From positions 175-64,174 of the forward strand of contig JACCRT010000004.1 of the NCBI GenBank assembly GCA_013813355.1: a stretch of DNA of 64,000 bases. Reading direction: 5' to 3'. Origin of the DNA: Acidobacteriota bacterium. Lineage in GTDB: Bacteria; Acidobacteriota; Vicinamibacteria; Vicinamibacterales; 2-12-FULL-66-21. Below, piece by piece: positions 18,330-27,819 of this stretch (position 1 is its first letter; every line of letters starts with the position of its first letter). The notes beneath the pieces are model-generated. The model was not told the origin of the DNA and ran no database searches. It was given only the letters and a program-made list of their open reading frames with translations. Both the position numbers and the translations under genes were made by a program.

Positions 18330-19202
18330 GTGCCGCAGATCAAACACATCGCCCCCGACCGTGCCGGATGTCTGCTGCGCCTCCGCAGCGCCCGGGAACT
18401 CTTCAAGCCCGCCGAGGCGACCGTCGCCGAGTTCGTCCTGGCCAGGCCGGAGCGCGTCCTCCAGATGTCCGTGTCCGAGGTGGCCCGCGACAGCGGCGTC
18501 GGGGAGGCCACCGTCATCCGCTTCTGCCGTGCCGCCGGCTACAAGGGCTACCAGGAGTTCAAGCTTCGTCTCGCCCAGGACCTCGTCGAACCTGTCGAAT
18601 TCATCCACGAGAACATCTCCTTCGACGACGCCACTCAGGATCTCGTCCAGAAGGTGTTCCAGACCAACCAGAAGGCCGTCGAGGACACACAACGCGCCGT
18701 GGACCCGAGGATCGTCGAGGTTGCGGCGAAGGCCCTGGCCTCGGCGCGACGGGTCGACATCTACGGCGTCGGGTACTCGTACTTCTCGGCGCTCGACCTC
18801 AAGCTGAAGCTGGTGCGATTCGGCCTCTCGGCCGACGCCCTCGGGGATCCGCACCTGCAACTGATGGCCGCCGTGACGCTCAAGCGCGGCGACGTGGCAA
18901 TCGGCATCTCGCATTCCGGCAGCACTCGGGACGTTGTCGACGCGCTCGGGCCGGCGCGCAAGGCCGGCGCCACGACGATGGCGATCACCAACTACAGTCC
19001 GTCGCCGCTCACGCGCGTGGCGGACCTCGTGCTGCTGACGGCGTCGCCCGAGTCGCCGCTCGGCGGTGAAGTGCTCACCTCGCGCATCGCACAGCTCTGC
19101 GTGATCGACGTGCTGTCGGTCGCGGTCGCGGTGACGCTCGGCGAAAGCTGTCTCGAGCTGATCAAGAAAACGTCCCAGGCGGTGAAACGCAAGCGGTACT
19201 GA
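18330..19202 (+). CDS. MurR/RpiR-family transcriptional regulator (HTH_6 + SIS)
   Basis: HTH segment MSVSEVARDSGVGEATVIRFCRAAGYKGYQEFK. SIS domain with RVDIYGVGYSYFSA and GISHSGSTRDV. The preferred start is GTG at 18330 after GGAGAG, although the ORF is open from 18243. Confidence 0.85.
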   Translation: MPQIKHIAPDRAGCLLRLRSARELFKPAEATVAEFVLARPERVLQMSVSEVARDSGVGEATVIRFCRAAGYKGYQEFKLRLAQDLVEPVEFIHENISFDDATQDLVQKVFQTNQKAVEDTQRAVDPRIVEVAAKALASARRVDIYGVGYSYFSALDLKLKLVRFGLSADALGDPHLQLMAAVTLKRGDVAIGISHSGSTRDVVDALGPARKAGATTMAITNYSPSPLTRVADLVLLTASPESPLGGEVLTSRIAQLCVIDVLSVAVAVTLGESCLELIKKTSQAVKRKRY

Positions 19203-19239
19203 CGCACGCGCGTCCCATTGGCTGAAGAGGAGGCTGTCC

Positions 19240-22200
19240 ATGCTCCGGCGTCCCATCGTCACCCTCGGGTCTCTCGTTCTCGCGCTCGCCCTGAGCGCGC
19301 TTCCGGCGGGCGCCCAGACCGAGAAGGGAGCCATTGTCGGCACGGTGACGGATTCGACCGGCGCCGTTCTGCCGGGCGCAACCGTCACGATCACCAATCT
19401 GCGCACGGGGGGCGCGCAGACCTACATCACCAACGCCCGAGGCGCCTACGACGCGCCATTCCTCGATCCGGGCCTCTACCGAGTGGAGGTGACGCTGAGC
19501 GGGTTCCAGTCCTTTTCCGTCCCGGTGGTGGTCAACGTCGGCAGCCGCAGCCGGGCCGACGCGCAGCTCGGGGTGCCCGGGGTGGCCGAGGAGGTGATGG
19601 TGCGGGCCACGCCGGCCATCGTGCAGACCGACTCGGCCAGCATCGGCCAGATTATCGATGAGACGCGGCTCACGACGCTGCCGACCGGGGACCGGAACAT
19701 CTACCAGTTCATGACGCTGACATCGACGGTGACGGCGCCGCCCGGGGGCAACGCGCCGGCCTTCCGGCTGGAGAGCGGCGGGTCCTTCTCGATCTCCGGC
19801 ACGCGCCCCTCCTCAATCACGTTCAAAATCGACGGGCTGGCGAACACCGATCCGACCTTCGGCACGCCCACGATCACGCCCTCGCTCGACGCGGTCCAGG
19901 AATTCCAGCTGCAGAACAGTGCCTACTCCGCCGAGTTCGAAGGCATCGGGCAGGTGAACGTGGCGACGAAGGCGGGCGGCAGCCGCTACCAGGGGTCGCT
20001 GTTCGATTACTTCCGCAACGAGGCCCTGCAGCCCACGAACCCGGTGCTCAACAGGAAGCCGCGCCAGCGCTTCAACCAGTTCGGAGGCACGCTGGGCGGG
20101 CCTGTCGTCGGGCTCAACCAGACCTTCTTCTTCTTCTCCTACGAGGGGCGACGCCAGGACGCCTTCAGCGTCGGCGCGGTGCGCGTGCTCACCGCGGCCG
20201 AGCGAGCCGGCGATTTCTCCCTGCACCTCGGCGGTTGCCAGATGGTCGGCGCGGCAACGGTGCCCCTGCTGGGGCCCGACGGCAGCCCGTCGGGCGACTG
20301 CGTCAGGGTCGGGCAGATCTTCGATCCGCTGACCACCGTCGCGAACCCGGCCTTCAACGCGGGAGCGGGCGTGTCGGCGCTGAACCCGCAGTTCATCCGG
20401 CAGCCCTTCGCGAACAACCAGATTCCCTCCGGCAGGATCAGCGGCGTCGCGCGGGCGCTGATCGACGAGCAGCAGCCGCTCCCAAACGCCGCCAACCCGA
20501 ATCTGAACTACTCCGGCGTCGCGGGGCCGAAGATCGATCTCAACCAGTACTCGGTCCGCGTGGATCGCGTGCTGTCGAAGAACCACCGCCTGTACGGCCG
20601 GCTTGCGCTGCAGAACAACGAGCGGATCAACCGACCGCTGCTCCCGCATCAGGCGAAGAACCTCACCGGAAAGGGGCGGGTCTTCAACAGTACGTGGACT
20701 GCGATCCTGGGTCCAGCGATCGTCAACGAATTCAGGGTCGGCTACGTCCGAGGCATCTATGGAGACAGCCTCGACGAAACGGATCCCCGGCAGTTCGGCG
20801 TTCAGAACACGTTCCTGAACACGCTCCCCCGCATCTTCCTGCAGCCCGGTAACCTGAACTACGGCGGATTCTCGGCCTCCATCCTGCAGACCACGCAGGA
20901 CACCTTCCAACTCGCCAGTACTCTGTCGTGGATCCGCGGGCGGCACAGTCTCAAGGTGGGTGCGGCGCTCGACCACAACCGGTTCCACAACGGCGAACTG
21001 GGGAACAACACTGGCGGTACGGCCACATTCAATGGCCTGTACTCTGCCGGCAACAACGGCATTGCCGGCACCCAGACGCACGCGATGGCGGACTTCCTGC
21101 TCGGATTTGCACAGTCGAGCTCGCTGGCTTCCCCCGCGGTTGCGCGCGTGCGGAACACCCCCTGGAGCGTCTTCGTACAGGACGACTGGCGAATCCGCGA
21201 GCGACTGACGCTGAATGCCGGCCTGCGCTATGAGTACCATCAGCCGTGGGCCGAACAGAACCTCGGCGGCGCGGCCATGGATCTGAGCGGCGCTGGCCGG
21301 TTGCTGGTGGTCGACGGCCAGGTCGCCGCGGCGGCGAACTCGCCATACGTCGTGTGCTGCGCGCCGAGACGGGCGGTCAGGGCGGACCGGAACGATCTCG
21401 CACCCCGTGTGGGAATCGCCTGGCAGCCCTTCGCGGAAGACGGCCTGACTGTGCGGACCGGCTATGGCCTCTTCTACTCCGGCATGACCCAGTTCTTCGC
21501 GTGGAGACAGTATGAGCCGTTCCTACGGCCGGCGTTCCAGGGCGCCGCCGGCGACTTCCTGAATCCCGGGGCGCAGCTTGACAACCTGTTCCCGGCCGAA
21601 CGATTCTCACAAACCGGTGGCATCGTCCCGTTCCTGCCGGCGGGTGTGAATCCGGCCATCTTCCAGCGACCGGTGATCAGCCTTTCGACCCTCGGGTCCA
21701 ACTCCACGCCGTACTCGCACCAGTGGAGCGTGAGCCTGCAGCGCGAGCTGCTGCCGCGGATGCTGGCGGAGGTGGCCTACACGGGATCGGCGGGGCGCAA
21801 TCTGCCCATCCAGTGGATCTTCAATCAACCGACGGCCAGCCCTGTCCCGGTGAACTTCGCCAGCCTGGATCCAGCGGCCAACCCGTACCTGCGTCGGCCG
21901 TACGAGTGCTGCTCGATCACCACGTTCGTCGTCGCCAATGTGCTCGAGTCCGCCTATCATGCCGTGACAGCGCGAGTCGACAGACGGTTCTCCGACGGCT
22001 ACCAGTTCCTCACGAGCTACACATGGTCGAAGAGCACCGACCAGGGCAGCGAGGTGTTCGCGGTGGGCAACGCGTTCAACATCCTGCCGAACAACCAGGA
22101 CTTCGAATCCAACCGCGGGCGGTCCAGCTTCGACGTGCCGCACCGCTGGGTGTCGAGCGGCACGATGGAGCTCCCGTTCGGGGTGGACCGGCGCTGGCTC

Positions 22201-22743
22201 AATCGTCCGGGTGTCGCCGGCACGCTGGCTGGCGGATGGGCGCTCTCGGGGATCTTCACGATCCAGAGCGGGTTCCCCTACACTCCGGACATCCGCAACC
22301 TGCGATCGAACACCGGGTATGCGCTGGCCACCGAGCGCGGCGATCTGCTCGGTGACCCCTACTGGTCATCGGATCAATGGAAGCGGCTCGTGGAGGAATG
22401 GAAGGCCGGCAACGACCTGCTCTTCCTCATCGACAGATCGGCGATCGATCTGAACTATGCGCTGGGCACGTTCGGCAACATCCCGCGCAATTTCTTCCGG
22501 ACGCCGTACGGCTACCAGCTGGACCTGGCACTCAGCAAGCGCACCCCGCTCCCGGCCGGCGCCCAACTGCAGTTCCGCCTCGACGCGCTGAACGTCACGT
22601 CGGAGCGGCTGCACCGGCTGAACCTGGTGGCGTTCGTCCGTGCGCAGAATTTTCTGACCAACCCCACCGTGGGCGGCATTCCGCCGTACCGCAACATGTT
22701 CAATCCGCGCATCCTTCAGCTGAGCGCGCGGGTCACCTTCTGA
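19240..22743 (+). CDS. Oar-like TonB-dependent outer-membrane receptor (carboxypeptidase-regulatory-like domain + beta-barrel)
   Basis: GAGGAGG SD and a signal peptide. CarboxypepD_reg-like start (GAIVGTVTDSTGAVLPGATVTITNLRTG...GLYRVEVTLSGFQS). An 1167-aa barrel ends in the OMP-type terminal residues ARVTF. Confidence 0.85.
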   Translation: MLRRPIVTLGSLVLALALSALPAGAQTEKGAIVGTVTDSTGAVLPGATVTITNLRTGGAQTYITNARGAYDAPFLDPGLYRVEVTLSGFQSFSVPVVVNVGSRSRADAQLGVPGVAEEVMVRATPAIVQTDSASIGQIIDETRLTTLPTGDRNIYQFMTLTSTVTAPPGGNAPAFRLESGGSFSISGTRPSSITFKIDGLANTDPTFGTPTITPSLDAVQEFQLQNSAYSAEFEGIGQVNVATKAGGSRYQGSLFDYFRNEALQPTNPVLNRKPRQRFNQFGGTLGGPVVGLNQTFFFFSYEGRRQDAFSVGAVRVLTAAERAGDFSLHLGGCQMVGAATVPLLGPDGSPSGDCVRVGQIFDPLTTVANPAFNAGAGVSALNPQFIRQPFANNQIPSGRISGVARALIDEQQPLPNAANPNLNYSGVAGPKIDLNQYSVRVDRVLSKNHRLYGRLALQNNERINRPLLPHQAKNLTGKGRVFNSTWTAILGPAIVNEFRVGYVRGIYGDSLDETDPRQFGVQNTFLNTLPRIFLQPGNLNYGGFSASILQTTQDTFQLASTLSWIRGRHSLKVGAALDHNRFHNGELGNNTGGTATFNGLYSAGNNGIAGTQTHAMADFLLGFAQSSSLASPAVARVRNTPWSVFVQDDWRIRERLTLNAGLRYEYHQPWAEQNLGGAAMDLSGAGRLLVVDGQVAAAANSPYVVCCAPRRAVRADRNDLAPRVGIAWQPFAEDGLTVRTGYGLFYSGMTQFFAWRQYEPFLRPAFQGAAGDFLNPGAQLDNLFPAERFSQTGGIVPFLPAGVNPAIFQRPVISLSTLGSNSTPYSHQWSVSLQRELLPRMLAEVAYTGSAGRNLPIQWIFNQPTASPVPVNFASLDPAANPYLRRPYECCSITTFVVANVLESAYHAVTARVDRRFSDGYQFLTSYTWSKSTDQGSEVFAVGNAFNILPNNQDFESNRGRSSFDVPHRWVSSGTMELPFGVDRRWLNRPGVAGTLAGGWALSGIFTIQSGFPYTPDIRNLRSNTGYALATERGDLLGDPYWSSDQWKRLVEEWKAGNDLLFLIDRSAIDLNYALGTFGNIPRNFFRTPYGYQLDLALSKRTPLPAGAQLQFRLDALNVTSERLHRLNLVAFVRAQNFLTNPTVGGIPPYRNMFNPRILQLSARVTF

Positions 22744-22746
22744 GGC

Positions 22747-24081
22747 GTGACGGACTCGCCTGGCAGGAACGCCGTGCTCACAGCAGGATTCGGGAAGGCG
22801 AGCATCACACCACCGGCGGGCACTCCGCTGGCGGGATACGCGGCCCGCGTGGACCCTTCCCGCGGGGTCCACGACGACCTGTACGCCCGCGCGCTCGTGC
22901 TCGACGACGGCCGCAGGCCGCTGGTCCTCGTCAGCGTCGACGTGCTGGCGCTGTCAGCCGACCTGGTGCGGCGCCTGCGGGACGGCATCCGGCGCCGCAC
23001 CGGGGTGACGGCGGACGGGGTGATGATCGCGGCCACGCACACGCACGCCGGGCCTGTCACCATGCGCACGTTCTGCCACCCGGACGAACGCATGGACCCG
23101 GCGTATGCGGAGCGTTTCGCCGCCGCGGTCGAACAGGCGGCCGCCACGGCCTGGGAGAGCCGCGCGCCGTCGCGCGTCGGCATCGGCAGCGGGACGGTCA
23201 GCGGCGTCGGGGTGAATCGACGTTCCCCAGGCGGCGTGCCCGTCGACGAGGAGATCGGGCTGATCAAAATCGAGGACATCGCGGGACGCACGCGCGGCGC
23301 GCTGGTGAACTTCGCCTGCCATCCGACGGTGCTGGGTCCCGACAACCTGCTCGTCAGCGCCGACTTTCCCTTCTACGCCATTGCGCGGATCGAGGAACGG
23401 CTCGGCGCCGGCAGCTTCGCGCTGTTCGTCAACGGCGCGGAGGGCGACGTCAGCATGGGGCATTCCTCGGAGCTGAGCGCAATCGGCGTGATCACGCCGG
23501 GACGGACGTTCGAGCGCGCGGAGGAGCTCGGGCACCGGCTGGCCGACGCGGCTCTCGAGGCGCTGCCTGGCATTGCCTGTTTGGACGCGCAGGTGCTCGC
23601 CGGCATCAGGACGACGCTCGCGCTGCCGCTCAAGACTTACCCGCCGCTCAAGGAGGCGGCCCGGGCTGCCGCCGAGGCCGCGGCCGAGGCTGATCGACTT
23701 GCCGCTGCCGGCGCACCGTGGGCCGAGGTCGGGGCGGCGAGAACGCGCCGCCTGTATGCGTCCATCATGCGATACTTCGCGACCGAGACCCGGGACCTCA
23801 ACGGGCATCTGCCGATCGAGGTGCAGGCCGTGCGGATCGGGGACGCCCTGTTCGTGGGTGCGCCGGCGGAGCTCTTCGTCGAGATTGGCCTCCGGCTGAA
23901 GCGTGAGGCCCGGCAGCGGCTGTTCGTGATCGGGCTCGCCAACGGCTACATCGCGTACTTCCCGACCCGTGCCGCGCACGCCACAGGCGGGTATGAAGTG
24001 ATCTCCTCCCTTGTGACGGAGGAGGCGGAAGATCGGCTGGCACAGCACGTCCGCGCGGTGGAGGCGCAGGTCTTCGCATGA
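22747..24081 (+). CDS. Neutral/alkaline-ceramidase-like N-terminal-domain hydrolase
   Basis: LTAGFGKASITPPAGTPLAGYAAR...GVHDDLYARALVLDDG...VDVLAL...IAATHTHAGP follows the Ceramidase_alk-like family pattern. No signal peptide. Confidence 0.6.
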   Translation: MTDSPGRNAVLTAGFGKASITPPAGTPLAGYAARVDPSRGVHDDLYARALVLDDGRRPLVLVSVDVLALSADLVRRLRDGIRRRTGVTADGVMIAATHTHAGPVTMRTFCHPDERMDPAYAERFAAAVEQAAATAWESRAPSRVGIGSGTVSGVGVNRRSPGGVPVDEEIGLIKIEDIAGRTRGALVNFACHPTVLGPDNLLVSADFPFYAIARIEERLGAGSFALFVNGAEGDVSMGHSSELSAIGVITPGRTFERAEELGHRLADAALEALPGIACLDAQVLAGIRTTLALPLKTYPPLKEAARAAAEAAAEADRLAAAGAPWAEVGAARTRRLYASIMRYFATETRDLNGHLPIEVQAVRIGDALFVGAPAELFVEIGLRLKREARQRLFVIGLANGYIAYFPTRAAHATGGYEVISSLVTEEAEDRLAQHVRAVEAQVFA

Positions 24082-25109
24082 TTCGCATTGGTGTCATCGG
24101 TCTCGGCGTCATGGGCGAACAGTACGTCCGCATCCTCCAGGCGCACAACGGCGCCAGCGTCACGGCCGTTTCCACGCGCAGGACGGACCGCCTGGTGGAG
24201 GTCGCCACGCAGCACGGGGTCGAGCATCGCTACACCGACTATCGCGAGCTGCTGCAGTCGGGGCGCGTAGACGCCGTCTGCGTCGCGACGCCGGACTCGG
24301 CTCACGCCGGGCCGGTGCGGGCCGCGCTCGAAGCCGGGCTCCACGTGCTCTGCGAGAAGCCGTTCACGACCTCGCTGCCGGAGGCCGACGATCTGCTGCG
24401 GCTCGCCAGGCAGCGGCCGCGCCAGAAGCTGCAGGTGGCGTTCAACCACCGCTGGCTTTCCTCGTACCACCAGGGAGCCGCCGCCATCCGGCGCGGCGAG
24501 ATTGGACGCCCGGTCGCCGCGTCCGCGCGCAAGAACGACACGATTTTCGTGCCCACCGAGATGATCGCGTGGGCGGCAGAGACCACGCCGATGCATTTCC
24601 TCGGCGCCCACGACATCGACCTTGTGCGCTGGTACCTCGCGGCGGAGCCTGTAGAGGTGTTCGCGGCCGGCAGCCGCGGCGTGCTCGCCGCCAGGGGCGT
24701 GGAGACGTGGGACGTGATCCAGGCGCTCGTGAAGTTCGAAGGCGGGATCACGGCGACCTTCGAGGCGGCATGGATTTATCCGAACACCTTTCCCACCCTG
24801 ACCGACTCCTTCGTCGAGGTGATCGGCACTGAGGGCCACCTGCACTTCGACCGGAAGCGCGAATCGGTCGAGATGAGCACGGCCCGCCAGTTCACCTACC
24901 CGAAGACGTTCCTCCTCGCCGAGGTCTTCGGACGAACGCGTGGCGCCGTCGTGGAGTGTCTGTCCGACTTCGTCAGCGCGATTCGTGAGGACCGCGAGCC
25001 GCAGGTGACGGCCCTCGACGGACGACAGGTGAGTGCCGTCCTGGACGCGGTCAGCCGCTCGCTGGACACCGGACGGCCCGCCGCCGTCGACCCGCCGGAG
25101 ACGGTGTGA
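24078..25109 (+). CDS. Gfo/Idh/MocA-family NAD(P)-dependent oxidoreductase
   Basis: ATGA overlap. Rossmann start MIRIGVIGLGVMGEQY and the EKP motif (HVLCEKPF). Confidence 0.85.
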   Translation: MIRIGVIGLGVMGEQYVRILQAHNGASVTAVSTRRTDRLVEVATQHGVEHRYTDYRELLQSGRVDAVCVATPDSAHAGPVRAALEAGLHVLCEKPFTTSLPEADDLLRLARQRPRQKLQVAFNHRWLSSYHQGAAAIRRGEIGRPVAASARKNDTIFVPTEMIAWAAETTPMHFLGAHDIDLVRWYLAAEPVEVFAAGSRGVLAARGVETWDVIQALVKFEGGITATFEAAWIYPNTFPTLTDSFVEVIGTEGHLHFDRKRESVEMSTARQFTYPKTFLLAEVFGRTRGAVVECLSDFVSAIREDREPQVTALDGRQVSAVLDAVSRSLDTGRPAAVDPPETV

Positions 25110-25139
25110 CCCGTCCCGCTGCACGCGCCGGACCCGCCC

Positions 25140-26873
25140 ATGCCGAGCCGACTCGAGACCGCCGACCACATCGTCATCCTGGGCTACTTCCTTCTCCTGA
25201 TCGGGATTGGCCTCTACTTCTGGCGACACATGCGCCAGGCGAGCGACCTGTTCGCCGGCGGCCGCACCGTGCCCTGGTGGCTCTCGGGCGTGTCGTTCTA
25301 CGTGACCGGCTTCAGCGCCTTCACGTTCGTCGCCTACTCGGAGATGGCGTACCGCTACGGGCTGGTCGCCGTGACGCTCTCGTGGAGCGCCGCGGCAGCC
25401 ATGCTGGCGGGCACGATCTTCCTGGCGCCGCGCTGGCAGCGCGCGCGGATCCTGAGCCCGGTCGAGTTTCTCGAGGCGCGCTACAGCCCGGCAATCCGCC
25501 AGGTCCTCGCGTGGACCGGCATCCCGCTCCGGATCATCGACGGCGGCCTGAAGATCTACGCCACGGGTATCTTCGTCTCGGTCGGCCTCGGCTACGACCT
25601 GCGCTGGAGCATCGCCGGCAGCGGCCTGGTGATGCTGCTCTACACGTTCATGGGCGGGCTCTGGGCCGTGCTGGTGACCGACTACGTGCAGTTCATCGTG
25701 CTGTCGGTCGCGGTGATCGTCCTGGTGCCGCTCGTCTTCTCCAGGGTCGAGGGGCTCGAGAGCCTCAGCGCCGGGGCGCCGGCCGATTTCCTCTCGCCGA
25801 TCGGCGGCCCGATCACGCCGCTGTACGTGCTCGCCTTCTACATGCTCGTCATGCTCAGCTACAACGGGAACTGGGCGTACGCGCAGCGTTTCTACAGCGT
25901 GCGCAACGAGCGCGAGGCCAGGAAGGCGGGGAGTCTCGCGGTCGCGCTGATGGTGATCGGGCCGCCGCTGTTCATTCTGCCCGCCGTGGCGGCCCGGACG
26001 CTGCTGCCGGAGCTCATGGTGCCGCCCAACACGCCGCAGTACACCTACGCGGCGCTCGCGGTCGAGTTCCTGCCGGCCGGCATCATGGGCCTGATGATCG
26101 CGGCGATGTTCTCGGCCACGATGTCGACCCTCAGTTCCGATTACAACGTGGTCGCGTCGGTGGTCACGGAGGACATTTACCGGCGGCTGTTCGATCCCGG
26201 CGCGTCGGAGCGGCGACGCGTCCTGGTGGGGCGGCTCGCGACGCTCGCCGTGGGCCTGGTGACCGTGGGCATCGGCGTGCTGCTGACAGCCACGGCCCAG
26301 CGGGGGCTCTTCGAGGTGATGGTGACGGTGTTCGGCCTCTTCGTCGGGCCGATGCTGCTGCCGACCCTGGCCGGCCTCCTCAGCCGGCGCCTGACGCACC
26401 GCGGCGCGGCGGCCGGCATCCTGGCCGGCTTCACCTCCGGCATCTCCCTCTACCTGTACAAGGCGTACGTGCTCACTGCCCGCCCGGACGTGGACCCCAC
26501 TTGGCTGCGCTTCGACTACGAGGCGCTGACGATCCTGACCAACATCGGCGTCACGGCCGGCGCGATGGTGCTGGTGACGCTCGTCGAACGTGTCACCCCG
26601 GAGGACCGCCGGCGGATCGCCGCTTTCTTCGACGGGCTGGCGCGGCCGATCGCGGCGCCCGCGCCGGACGCAACGGCGGCGCCCCCGCCGTTCGCGCTCA
26701 TCGGCCACGTCACGCTCGGCACGGGCGCGCTGCTGATGATCGCCGCCGTTGTTCAGACCGCGGGCGTGGGCCGCGCGATCAACGTAGTCGCCGGCGGCGC
26801 GCTCGTTCTCGTGGCGCTCGTGCTCTACGCCGTGCACCGGCGGGTGGTCGCCCGGCTGGCGGCCGCGCCGTGA
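25140..26873 (+). CDS. Sodium:solute symporter (SSS) family transporter
   Basis: 577 aa and about 13 hydrophobic helices. SSS N-terminal pattern (ILGYFLLLIGIGLYFWRHMRQASDLFAGGRTVPWWLSGVSF). Confidence 0.85.
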   Translation: MPSRLETADHIVILGYFLLLIGIGLYFWRHMRQASDLFAGGRTVPWWLSGVSFYVTGFSAFTFVAYSEMAYRYGLVAVTLSWSAAAAMLAGTIFLAPRWQRARILSPVEFLEARYSPAIRQVLAWTGIPLRIIDGGLKIYATGIFVSVGLGYDLRWSIAGSGLVMLLYTFMGGLWAVLVTDYVQFIVLSVAVIVLVPLVFSRVEGLESLSAGAPADFLSPIGGPITPLYVLAFYMLVMLSYNGNWAYAQRFYSVRNEREARKAGSLAVALMVIGPPLFILPAVAARTLLPELMVPPNTPQYTYAALAVEFLPAGIMGLMIAAMFSATMSTLSSDYNVVASVVTEDIYRRLFDPGASERRRVLVGRLATLAVGLVTVGIGVLLTATAQRGLFEVMVTVFGLFVGPMLLPTLAGLLSRRLTHRGAAAGILAGFTSGISLYLYKAYVLTARPDVDPTWLRFDYEALTILTNIGVTAGAMVLVTLVERVTPEDRRRIAAFFDGLARPIAAPAPDATAAPPPFALIGHVTLGTGALLMIAAVVQTAGVGRAINVVAGGALVLVALVLYAVHRRVVARLAAAP

Positions 26874-26889
26874 ACGGCCGGAGGCAGAA

Positions 26890-27819
26890 GTGCGCTGGGT
26901 GACCTTCGATCGCGACGGCGCGTCGCGGCCCGGGCTGGCCCGGGAGGACGGGCGCGTCATCGATCTCCAGGCGGCGGGTACCGGGTCTCGCAGGAATCGC
27001 CAGTCCCCGTCGAGCCTGCTGGAGATCTGCGCGGCCGCCCCGGCGGCGCGCCGGGCGATCGCGGAGCTGGCCGATAAGGCGCACCTCGAGGCGGGTCTCC
27101 CATTGAAGTCGATCAGGCTCCGCCCGCCGATCGAGCGGCCGGGGAAGATCCTCTGCCTCGCAGGCAACTACCGCGAGCACATCGTGGAGAGCGGCTTCGA
27201 GGCGGTGGCCGATGCCGACGTGATCACGCCGCAGCTCTTCCTCAAGCCGGCGACCTGCCTCATCGGGGACGGCGACCCGATCCCGCTCGGGCCGTACAGC
27301 GTGAAGGTCGGCTGGGAAGTGGAGCTGGCGGTCGTGATCGGCCGTCGCGGCCGGCACATCGCCGAGGCCGACGCGATGGCGCACGTGTTCGGCTACACGG
27401 TCCTCAACGACGTGAGCGAGCGGGGGCTACACGCCCATCTCGCGGGCCGGCGCATCCGCGAGCGGGATCCGTTCTTCGACTGGCTCGCGGGCAAGTGGTT
27501 CGACGGCTTCGCGCCATGCGGCCCGTGCATCACCGAAGCGGCGGGGATCGCCGATCCCCACGACCTCGACCTGCGGCTGTATGTCAACGGCGAGCTCCGC
27601 CAGCAGGGGCACACCGGGAACATGATTTTCCGCATCCCGCAGCTCATCGCCACGATCTCCGCCATCACCACGCTCGAGCCGGGAGATCTCATCGCCACGG
27701 GGACTCCCGTCGGCGCGGGTACCGGATTCGGCGAGGCGTTCCTGCGCGAGGGCGACGAGGTCGCCTGCGACATCCCGGGAATCGGCACGCTGCGCAATCC
27801 GGTGCGGAGGGCCCCATGA
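26890..27819 (+). CDS. Fumarylacetoacetate hydrolase (FAH)-family protein
   Basis: GTG start. FAH pattern PGKILCLAGNYREH...WEVELAVVIGR...GYTVLNDVSER...GKWFDGFAPCGP...TLEPGDLIATGTPVG. Confidence 0.85.
   Translation: MRWVTFDRDGASRPGLAREDGRVIDLQAAGTGSRRNRQSPSSLLEICAAAPAARRAIAELADKAHLEAGLPLKSIRLRPPIERPGKILCLAGNYREHIVESGFEAVADADVITPQLFLKPATCLIGDGDPIPLGPYSVKVGWEVELAVVIGRRGRHIAEADAMAHVFGYTVLNDVSERGLHAHLAGRRIRERDPFFDWLAGKWFDGFAPCGPCITEAAGIADPHDLDLRLYVNGELRQQGHTGNMIFRIPQLIATISAITTLEPGDLIATGTPVGAGTGFGEAFLREGDEVACDIPGIGTLRNPVRRAP

Noticed and set aside
23946-27167. 1073-aa minus-strand ORF, the longest on that strand
   Set aside because: It runs antisense across three plus-strand genes with clear family signatures (Gfo/Idh/MocA, SSS, FAH). 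The sequence is extremely Arg/Gly/His-rich and low in complexity.
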